Assembly (NCBI GenBank): GCA_040954595.2
Contig: CM082580.2
Coordinates: 3,648,783-3,712,782, forward strand
Source of the DNA: Balanoglossus misakiensis
Lineage: Eukaryota > Animalia > Hemichordata
Length of the DNA stretch: 64,000 bases
Direction: 5' to 3'
Below, piece by piece: positions 38,401 through 50,200 of this stretch. A program made the translations under genes and the position numbers. The notes under the pieces were generated by a model. The model saw only the letters and a program-made list of their open reading frames with translations. It was not told where the DNA came from and did not search any database. The stretch's first letter is position 1. Each line of letters opens with the position of its first letter.

Positions 38401-41190
38401 GGCCAGAACGTGCATTGTCAATACCCGACAGAGCAACACGTGAATCCTCAGTGCAAAACCGATGTCATAACAATTTGCAATCTGACAATGTTTTTTATTC
38501 AAAGTGATGTTGGAAATCCAGGAATAATTTTACTCATCATTTTAGTAACATGAACGCCATACTAGCATACATCGTTATATCTACCTAGGCTCAATTCAAG
38601 TATTTCTGTATTATTTGACAATCGGTTATCTTATGTTGTGTCTAGCGCACCAGACAAAGACATACCAGTCAAGTTTGTACAACTTGAAGGTGTTCTTGAA
38701 GTTCCTAAAGACTCAGTGGTGGATAAACACATACAATACAAATACTGTATTATTGATGGTGACGATCACCAGTGGGAATATTTACCGAAGCGGTATCACC
38801 AGCAGCGTGAACACAAGAATCGAATTCTATTTGTGTCTGAGAGGTATTGTGTCACTGACGGTAAGTGGAGTTTTTTTTGTCGAAGTGAACGGTTTTTGGC
38901 ATAATACATTAATATGGCCATAGCTGATCGTGCACACATGATAAGGAACAGTAAATATTATAACAGCAGATACCATGCGCATGTGTAATTTGGTCTTTCT
39001 GGTTAGGCCCCTGACCCAGTAAGCTAATTGAACAATTCATGATTGTACAAATACCGACAGGAAAAAACAGTGTATAGTACATTCCTTACAATGTTGCATA
39101 CTATTTACCTCTTTTCTCAATCTCATAGTATGCATGGTATACATATACAATTAAATCCTTTAGAACTATTTCACTCCACATTACTTTGCTGTGTCTTTTT
39201 AAGAATTTATTTTTTCTGTGCGACATAATCCTATAAAATGCACGCAAAGGTATATGGTCACCTCCAAGGTGTATAACTTTTAAAAGGGCGTGTCTAAGTC
39301 TTCGAATTGTTATGTGGTGGTACACTTTATTCAGTTTTCCATGATAACAGCGGATAATTTGCATAGGTGACTATATACCTTTAACTGTCATTTTTTGGCG
39401 CAAACTTTCTATATAAAAACAATAGACCTTTTGTTTGTATGTAGGGAACTGTTTATTGGAAAACAAAGGGGGGGGGGACAAAGAAAGAGATCGCTGTCCA
39501 TAATGTAGTATCTCCACACCAAATTGACACGTATCTATTTAAGATCACTACTTACTCTTTCTAAGTTGAAAACCGTATGCTTCAGCGAAGGACAAATTTT
39601 AAGAGTTTGTTCGTAATAAATTAGCAAATGGGATTATTCTGAATGGTTTGATTTCATTTTATTCTATGTTTGCGTCTCACTTTAATAGGGGTATGGAATC
39701 GGTATGACGATGTTATTTTTCCTGGGCACGGATCAGGCTTCATTCCAAAAGTCAAAAATTTGTTTTCTTACCAAAGCGAGAAATGGTTGGACGGCAAAAG
39801 TACTGCTATATTGTCTAATCTACCGAAGTGGGAAGGTTTTTGTGTAAAAGACGGTGCCACGAAAGGTACAGCAATAGATGCTATCCACCAAGTTTTGCAG
39901 GTTGAAATCGCCTGTGATGGAAATTGGATGCCGGGAACTTTATCGGTTAGAAAGGTAGTTCATTCGTTTTTATTTACTAATAAATGATGCACTAATTGTT
40001 ATGCAAAATAAGGAGTGTCATGTGTTTCGTTATTTAAAAGTAATTTACATTTTATGTATAACTCATCACATCAAACATGCGGTACTGAGGTCATTATGTT
40101 TCAAAACCGTGTTTCAGGGACGTTTGAGACACGCAGATACAAGAACTATCTATCTTGCCTATAAATTCTAAGGGACTGTGTTGACATCGTGTATAACACA
40201 ACTGTGTGGGCAATTCAATTTTTATAACATCGAATGGAATTAAATCTAATTAATAAAATGATTCGTATGCAAACAATTTTGCAGATATTCGAAGGCTATT
40301 TGGCTGAAAAGTTGACAAGTTTTCAAAAGTATCAAACCAAGGAAGATGACAACGTGAATGAAGGAACCCTTCGACTGGCCTCCGCTCTCGCCATCACGTA
40401 TTTGATCAAGCACTTCGACTTATATGATCATCTGAAGGACTTTCAGATCGTCAACCTATTTTCAGCCCTCCGTGTACAACCTGATCTAGAACAGCAAAGG
40501 TGCAGAGATTTTGAAGGTCTTCAACAACATTTTCCAACCAGCAAAGACTGGAGGTTAGTGCTGCCATATATTTTACATTGATATTGCAAAAGGTAATATG
40601 AATCGTTTCTGATATGGCATGAGAAAAGATTGGTCGTTGTTAACCAGCATATTGTGGACATCAAAAGTTGCGTGTGCAGATCTGACAGAGTTTCCACGGC
40701 AACACCTTGGCATTTCATAGGAAAAGGGGAACTTTTCGACTTGCTGTTCGAGGCAGAAAAGATGCAGACCAATAAGATATCAAGCTCTTTACATTATTGT
40801 TATGTTCAGTAAGAGCTTATGCTTTTCCTGACCAAATGAAAATTCGAATTATTCAACTGCGAATGAGTAAAATTGTGCAGATGAATGATTATTAATAATT
40901 TTTTTCCGTGTGTGTGGGTCTGCTTGCACGCCACCATTGCGTCTGACCAACTATTATAAAATGTCACGTTGAAATCTCGCGCCTCCACCAACACTAACGA
41001 CTAATCAGACATCGTCTTACAACAATAGGCCTATAGGTGTGAAATCCATTATAACTTCATTCACATGCAAGCCACACACGCGTGATCAAATCTAAAACCT
41101 AATAAATTCTTGTCATTTTGAAACCAGTAACCGTCCATAAAGTTTGATTGAAATCTGACCAGCCGTCATTTAGGTATCGATGGCACAGAC

Positions 41191-41223
<33 letters not shown>

Positions 41224-44200
41224 GAGACAGACAGACAGACAGACAGCCATCGGTACAGTGCCTTAAATTGTGAATATAATATTACCCGTATCCAAAATTT
41301 GACGTTGCAGAGATGTGGCTGACGCAGTGCTTTATTTGTGCAACAAGAGCATGGAACGCTCAAAACCGACTCCCAACTGGATCCAGAGCCTTCCAATTCT
41401 ACACTTTCTGACCGGTGCGTCTAAACCGTTTGAACCAGTTGGCTATGATATTGATGAGAAGATAACCACTTCGTGGTGGGGAATTGAATCTCTAAAAGTG
41501 GAAGCATTCAAGCAGAATATTAAGTACAGCAGCACGTGAGTACATGTAACAAATGAAATACAAGGCATTCTTGATTGGTTTATTGTCTTCACCCCTAGGG
41601 TACTTTGCAAGTTCCAAAGGTAAAACGAAGACATTGATGCAGGATTCCTGCTGTATGCTTAAGCAGATTGAATTTTTATATATTTTTGCATTTCTATCAA
41701 ACTAAAGGGCAGGTTTTTTCTACGTTTGTACGCAAGTTTTTCTTTGGCCTTTTCCCTCGAAAGTCGAATCTGGTTGGACACATATATCAAATCTAAGGGA
41801 CCAATACTCATTCGATTCATCATCATGAAATCTTAAGGAAGTCCCCAGCACCTGCGAGATTTGAAAAAGCAGAATCTCTCCCTCGATCCTTATTATCACT
41901 TCTCATGCCACTGTCAACGGTTTGTAAATTTGCGATTACGTTGTGCAAATGAGCCCTATACCTGGACTTACTACTAGTATACAACTCCTTCTTTACCTTA
42001 ATACTGTTGTTTGCATTTTATACACTAACATGTGTATTTGTTATATATCAAAACGTTATCAATATCCTAATCACAACATGCTCATCCGCTTTACAGTTTT
42101 TCTATGACATCTCTGATGGGAGACCTAGTTCCTTTGTTTCAAGTCGATAACCTCCTACCAAGATCATATGCCAGACTCCTTGAACTGGATGACTATCCGA
42201 CGGTTGCAGAAACAAAGTCATTTCCAATTCATGTCGTATGTTCCATGCTTATGAAATCAATACATGACGGTTATTACAGTTTTCGAGAGGTCAGTTCTTC
42301 TAATAGTACTCAGTCTGAAGTGTATTCATGCAATTTGGTCCAGTTCGAATGAGGGGTCCGTGTGCTTGGTGCATTGGACGAGCCGTAGGCGACCGTCTAG
42401 GGAGGAGCCCAAATCCATACATAGCCGCATTTTTCTTTATTAAATCTCCATTAGCTGTAACCTTTCGCTGTGCTTTCTGATTTTGCTTTGTTTTGTTAAT
42501 ATACAGCATGTTCTGTTTCAAGCTTATCAACAATGTATGTATATAATCGGAATTGTTATTGTGCAAAATTTCAATTCAAATCCGGACTAGAATTCATTTG
42601 GCAACAATAATAGTGGCTGCAAAACACAGGGTATGCCGACAATCCCAGAACTATATAATCAGCATTTCTTAAAGAATAGGACTCGGCTGCTCGAAATCTT
42701 AATAATTTTAGTTAAACAAATAAACAAAACCATGACATTTCTGATCCATACAGGAATGTGACTCAAAAAGAAAGCAGAACACATTAAAGACTTAATTCAT
42801 AAAAATACACCCTAAAACCCCCAAGGTTCAATATACTGTTTTGTTGACTCAGCATTGAAGATTGTACGTATAGTGAGTGACCACTGTGTCCTTTGATGAA
42901 TTTATATTTTGACTTCAGGATACTTCTTGGTGTCTTCGCCTGTTTATGCATTGGATGCTTCTTTCTGTAAAGGACAATTTTTATCAAAATAAGTGTTCCG
43001 TTGGATGTCATGGAGAATACACCCAATCGTTACTATGGAATGAAATGACATATATATGAACGAGAAAAGCAGATAAATGTACAATGATTTATCAATTTGT
43101 CTTGGTTTATTTATCGGTGACCCGTTCCTCCAGTTACAAAATGTCTTAGTTTACTGATAAAAGCCTAAATGAAGATGTCTTTTTGTGATTGTAGCAATTG
43201 TATTAGAGAGAACTATGCAGTATTGATAACTTGAGACCATCCTGCAGGTATATTACAATGCTGTTTTGAGTAGAACAAGCTCCATTTTGTACACAGAACA
43301 AACCTACCGAAAATACAGCCAAGTTACAGCTAATGTTAACACAATGTCATTCCATTGTTATATTTTAAGACTCGAAGAGCCGACTACTAAGAGAGTAATG
43401 AAAGAGAGTAATCTAAAGTTGGTCTGAGCAAAATATTAGAAACAAATAAAAATAATTGCTATTGGAGGTGCACATTACCTTAACAAAGATTATAATGACA
43501 TTTTCTGATTTGTAATGAAAGCCTGCATTGCCAACGGGGTACACAGTTATCTTTCAGGTTGTTTGTGTTTGCCTTTTTCAAATTAAAGAATGTAAACTTC
43601 TCAAACGTTAAAATACAGTCTAACGTATTTCATAGAATGTGAATCTCATTACAGAACATTATGAAGCTGATGAAGATTATCGACCAACAGATGGACGAAT
43701 TGGAATGCTCTTTTCCTACAAAAGAGTAAGTAATGAACCAGAATTTTACATTAGAAGTATGAAATCATATACATTACACTAATCCGAGTGCTGTAACAGT
43801 TAATGTTTCATTTGTATGGAGTGTAATTCATGCCAAAATTAGCACCCAGCTTTTCGATGAGAGTATTCACTTTTCAATGAGAGCACCCAGCTTTTCGCGA
43901 TGATAGCACAAAGCTTTTCGATGAGAGCACCTAGCTTTTTGATGAGAGTATTCAGGTCTACTGGGGTGTGCTTAGGAGGTCTAATAGCGGTGACCCGGAA
44001 GTTTAAAGATTTGAAACTTTGACAGTATGGACGCCCAATTTGTTGGCCGTCATGGACGTAGCCTAGTGATCAAGTGCACGGGTTGGATTTTACAAGAAAA
44101 TAACGTCATTTGTTTTGCAAAGATCAGCGTGAGTTCACTGCACAAAGTGGACCGTTGCCCCCCCCCCCCCCCCCCCCCCGTATCATCTCTTTCATCTTGT

Positions 44201-47200
44201 GTCCAGGGCCGCACTTGCGTTTGTGTGTCTCTGGGGACGCCAAGAATGCATATTCCTCTTTTCCTAATTTGAATATTTTGAATGGGTTATGCTTACAAAT
44301 TGATACATTTTAGGTCTGCTTTGACTTGAACGCGTAAAGTGTACATGTTGTATGGAAGTTTATTTTAGAACCGGTCGTGGCTTGCCCTTCAAAAAAAGCT
44401 ACTGCCATTTTCTGGCCGTCCGATCGGGCAAGTAAGGTTGACAATTTACTTGCCCTGTATCAATATATAGTTGCCCTGGGCAATCGGGCGAAGCCCTGTT
44501 AAATAAATATACAAAACTCTTAAGCCCTAGTAACTAACCTTTAGCTATTTTTTCAACTTTGTTTTTAATTTAGAATTTTGTGTTCTATTTGGAGTTGCTC
44601 AGAGTCCATGAACTTGAGATTCCGTATTATTTTCCTCAATCTACTGGCCCGTTTTGGTTCTCTGCTGAACATGATGAACGGTTCGTGTTTTGAAGCCGTT
44701 TCCCATGCACATGGTCAGAGTTTGACCTTCCGGTTTACTGATCTCCCTAGCATATTACTATAAATTTGATGGAAATTCCAGTGACGCGTTGTGACGTAGC
44801 CAAAACGCCAGCGGGGCGAGTTGTAAAAACTCGTCAGTGAACTAAAGCGTCTGGGCTGCTCTCAGTGCGGTATGGTATGTCAAGAAAAACAGCTCCCGTG
44901 GGATTTTTGTGCTAAAATTGATTTTTTTGCTGTTTTGGCATCTATGGGGACCCAACTACCCAAAAATCATGGGGTGCAATTTTTAGGGCCCCTCCATCAC
45001 TTTTTTTCGGGGGGGGGGGGGGTCTCTTCTGTTTTGGTCACTCAAGATATTTGTTCACCTATTTACTGTATTATCTTGGGGATTTGGGCTACAATTAATT
45101 TGTTTTTGTTGTTTTTGCTTCGGAGAGGACCCACCTGGCCAAAAATAATCGGTTGCAAATTATAGGGCCTCTCCATCATTTTTTATTTTGGGGGCCACTT
45201 CCATTTTGGCCACTCCGAAGTTGTTTGTTGGCCTATTTACTCTATTCTCATAGAATATTTTGCTAAAAAATATTATTTTTCTTTGATGTTTTGGTTTCAA
45301 TGGGGCTCCACCAGAACTAAAAGGATGGGGTTCCAATTTTTGGAACCCTCCATTATGTCTATTGGGGAGGGGTTATCATTTCTGTTTTGACCACCCTGAA
45401 GATACTTGTTCACCTATTTACTATACGGTTAGTATTGTCGTGGTATTTCTTGCAATTTGGTTTGCTCCTTTGGCTTGAATGCTGACTGACTGCCTAAAAG
45501 TGATGGTGTGCAAAATGTTGGACCCTTTACCACATTTTTTGGGGGGTGGGGGTGGAGGTTGGGGTTCTCTATATTTGTTTTCACCAACCCGTTGTAACAG
45601 TTGTTTTTTAATCTTAGATTTTTTCGTTTATTCTAAATTTAGTATACTAAGGGACCGTTAAGTTTTTACGGCAGGGGGGGGGGGGCGGCAAGTTTGTGTC
45701 ATCGGTTCTCAAAATCAGGCCGACCCCCCCTTCACCCAGGACCAAAAAATGATGACCCCCCCTTTGACAGACCCAAAAATATGATGACCCCCCCCCACGC
45801 CGAAAACATTCGCTGTCCTGATCCTATGTACACTGTATGCAATAAAGGGAATGAGGCACCTCACACCTCAATTATAAATTTCTTAAAGTATTATTGAAGT
45901 ATATAATAGTATATCGTTGCAATAAAGAAATCTATGAACAAATTAAAATGACAAGTCAATACAATAGATGCTAGAATCTGTAAAACAAGAAAAGTGGAGG
46001 GGGTGGGTGTGGGAGGGGGACACCCCCTCCCACCTAAGACAATTTTGTAAAATACGGTGCTCAAAGTTGCAATTTAATGAACTCTAAAGCAAATTAACTC
46101 AATGTTTGGGAGGACCAATTTTACTTTTTGCCACTCCACTCAAAGTTAGAAGTTTTGGCGTCATCTTCGTCATGACATTTTTTATAAAACTTCTAGTATA
46201 TAGAAGATGCAGCGCGAAACTATCAGTTATGCAAAATGGTTTAAACAATTATTCTCCTTTATGTATTCACTTTGTTAAATATTATCATCGGTGGGGTTGG
46301 GGTGGCAAGCACTCTGCCCTGGTACACTAGACAAACCAGCCCAAAATGCATTGTGGCGGAGAATGAAGGGGGTGGGCGTGGGAGGGGGTGTCCCCCTCCC
46401 ACATTAGAAAATTTTGTAAAATAAAGGGTGCGAAACTGCAATTTTGTAGACTCAAAAGCAAAAGTTCGGTGGCAAAAGTATGTGACCCCCCCCCTAAACG
46501 TTTAAAAAAAAACAGATGACCCCCCTTGAGGACTTCAAAATTTAAGTGACCCCCCCCCCCCTGGATTTTGCCGCCCCCCCCGGCCGTAAAAACTGAACGG
46601 TCCCTAAGGTAAATTAAAACTCCTTTATGCATTATAAAGTACATAAAGTGTATTTTAGTTTATTTTTCGAGCTACAGTCCCATCTCATAAAATGAACCCT
46701 TGAGGCACCCTCCCTACCACGGAAGGTGCAATAAACAACCCAAGAAGCATAAACATTCTTTTCTGATATCTTGGTATTCTCAATCAAAAGCCAGTTCTGT
46801 TTGATCTACTCATCGTCAGTGTCGTTATCTTCAAGAACATTTTCCCTTAATTGGTTTTCACAGTCTCTACCATAGCATTTCCAGAGGGGAGTACATGGTA
46901 ACTTAAGGGACCGTTCAGTTTTTACGGACGGGGCCGGCAAAATCCAGGGGGGGGGGGTCACTTAAATTTTGATGTTCAAAAGGGGGGGGTCATCTTTTTT
47001 TTGAAACGTTTAGGGGGGTCACATACTTTTGCCACCGAACTTTTGCTTTTGAGTCCACAAATTGCAGTTTCGCGCCCTTTATTTTACAAAAATCTCTAAT
47101 GTGGGAGGGGGACACCCCCTCCCACACCCACACCCTCCATTATTTGCCACATTTCATTTATTGGCTGGTTTGTCTAGCGTTCCAGGGCAGACATCTTGTC

Positions 47201-50200
47201 ACCCCACCCCAACGATGCTTACTTTGAGTGGAGTGGCAAAAGTAAAATTGGGCTTTTGAGTTAATTTGCTTTTGAGTTCATTAAAATGCAACTTTGAGCA
47301 CTGTATTTTACACAATTTTCTTAGGTGGCAGGGGGACACCCCCTCCCACACCCACCTCCGCCACTTTTCTTGTTTTACAAATTCTAGCAACTATTGTATT
47401 GACTTGTCATTTTAATTTGTTCATAGATTTCTTAATTGCAACGATATACTATTAAGAAATTTAGAATTGAGGTGTGAGGAGCCTCATTCCCTTTATTGCA
47501 TACAGTGTACATAGGATCATGACAGCGCATGTTTTCGGCGTGGGGGTCATCATATTTTTGGGCCTGTCAAAGGGGGGGGGTCATCATTTTTTGGTCCTGG
47601 GTGAAGGGGGGGGTTCGGCCTGATTATGAAAACCGATGACACAAACTTGCCGCCCCCCCCCAGCCGCAAAAACTGAACGGTCCCTAAATCATTCTTTTAG
47701 CAACTGCAACGTCCCCTACAACCTGCTTTGCAGCCACATTTGATAAGCTCTAGTACTGCCTTTGGTGCAGGGAGAGTAAGACATTTTACTGGATAAAACA
47801 CGCCATTTGTCCGATTTCCACCCATTCTTTAGTTCCTGTTCATTCAGGCCAGACAAGTTGTCAGCCAGTTGCTGAAAGTCACGTTCACCCAAAGACACTC
47901 TTTCACGGCAAGATTGACGAAGGTCATTTATCATTGCCAGATTGTTTACCAGTCGGTTGGTTGGGGTGCAAAATGTCAAAATAGCTATCGATCTGGAACG
48001 TAATACGCGTTTTACGGTGCTAAGAAACTAGCCAATATGTATCAGCCTCAAGAATATTTTATTCTTGAAAACTAAACTGAAAAAATACCAAGATTTAGTA
48101 ATAAAACTGAGATGTAGTTCACAGACTTGTTTTATTTTCAGTAGTATTTTGAGCTTCAAAATGAGCCAAATTTGATATTGTTAATGTTTACCAAAATCAA
48201 GTTTTAGAAGTAAGGCATAGTTCAAGGGCTTTTTACAGCACTATTACGCTATTGGCGGAAAATTTTGAAAATACTACTTTAAAATAGGCAATACTTCACA
48301 GGCTTTATTTACGACAGAATTTAACTTTGAAATGAGTTCAACTAAATCTCGTTTTAATATCAAAAAACAAGTGTTGAACTAAAACGTACTTCAGAGTTTT
48401 TGCTTATTTATGTTTAACAGAGTGCTTAGAATTTACAAAATACACGGACTGATGTCGGTGAGAATTTTCGTACAATGGTAAATATCTCAGACATTGATTG
48501 TGCTATGAAAGAATGAAACAACTCTCAAGAAAAGTTCACATCTACACAGACTTTCACTAATTGCCCCGTGAAAGAGAAAAAAGAGTAACCCTAATATATT
48601 ATACTATAACATAGCGCTGTAGTATATGCGACAACTGATACAAATGTAGGTAACTGATATGTTTACCCGATAAACCGTCTAATATTTGAGATTCCCAAAA
48701 TGTGGAGGGGCCCCAAAATTTGACCTCCTTCATTAATTGGTTTTCACAGTCTCTACCATAGCATTTCCAGAGGGGAGTACATGGTAACTTAAGGGACCGT
48801 TCAGTTTTTACGGCTGGGGCCGGCAAAATCCAGGGGGGGGGGGGTCACTTAAATTTTGATGTCCAAAAGGGGGGGGGTCATCTTTTTTTTGAAACGTTTA
48901 GGGGGGGTCACATACTTTTGCCACCGAACTTTTGCTTTTGAGTCCACAAATTGCAGTTTCGCGGCCTTTATTTTACAAAAATCTCTAATGTGGGAGGGGG
49001 ACACACCCTCCCACACCCACACCCTCCATTCTTTGCCACATTTCATTTATTGGCTGGTTTGTCTAGCGTTCCAGGGCAGACATCTTGTCACCCCACCCCA
49101 ACGATGCTTACTTTGAGTGGAGTGGCAAAAGTAAAATTGGGCTTTTGAGTTAATTTGCTTTTGAGTTCATTAAAATGCAACTTTGAGCACTGTATTTTAC
49201 ACAATTTTCTTAGGTGGCAGGGGGACACCCCCTCCCACACCCACCTCCGCCACTTTTCTTGTTTTACAAATTCTAGCAAGTATTGTATTGACTTGTCATT
49301 TTAATTTGTTCATAGATTTCTTAATTGCAACGATATACTATTAAGAAATTTAGAATTGAGGTGTGAGGAGCCTCATTCCCTTTATTGCATACAGTGTACA
49401 TAGGACCATGACAGCGCATGTTTTCGGCGTGGGGGGTCATCATATTTTTGGGCCTGTCAAAGGGGGGGGGTCATCATTTTTTGGTCCTGGGTGAAGGGGG
49501 GGGGGGTTCGGCCTGATTCTGAAAACCGATGACACAAACTTGCCACCCCCCGCCCCAGCCGCAAAAACTGAACGGTCCCTAAATCATTCTTTTAGCAACT
49601 GCAACGTCCCTTACAACCTGCTTTGCAGCCACATTTAATAAGCTCTAGTACTGCCTTTGGTGCAGGGAGAGTAAGACATTTTACTGGATAAAACACGCCA
49701 TTTGTCCGATTTCCACCCATTCTTTAGTTCCTGTTCATTCAGGCCAGACAAGTTGTCAGCCAGTTGCTGAAAGTCACGTTCACCCAAAGACACTCTTTCA
49801 CGGCAAGATTGACGAAGGTCATTTATCATTGCCAGATTGTTTACCAGTAAGTTGGTTGGGGTGCAAAATGTCCAAATAGCTATCGATCTGGAACGTACTA
49901 CGCGGGTTACGGTGCTAAGAAACTAGCCAATATGTATCAGCCTCAAGAATATTTTATTCTTGAAAACTAAACTGAAACAATACCAAGATTTAGTAATAAA
50001 ACTGAGATGCAGTTCACAGACTTGTTTTATTTTCAGTAGTATATTGAGCTTCAAAATGAGCCAAATTTGATATTGTTAATGTTTACCAAAATCAAGTTTT
50101 ATAAGTAAGACATAGTTCAAGGGCTTTTTACAGCACTATTACGCTATTGGCGGAAAATTTTGAAAATACTACTTTAAAATAGACAATACTTCACAGGCTT

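Noticed and set aside
44204-44498. hAT-like CAGGGC...GCCCTG element
   Set aside because: Only 6-bp ends match and no 8-bp TSD could be found.
47716-47979. 87-aa ORF as an independent nested gene
   Set aside because: The meaningful reading switches frame (Cys-rich transposase remnant), and the duplicate copy has an earlier stop.
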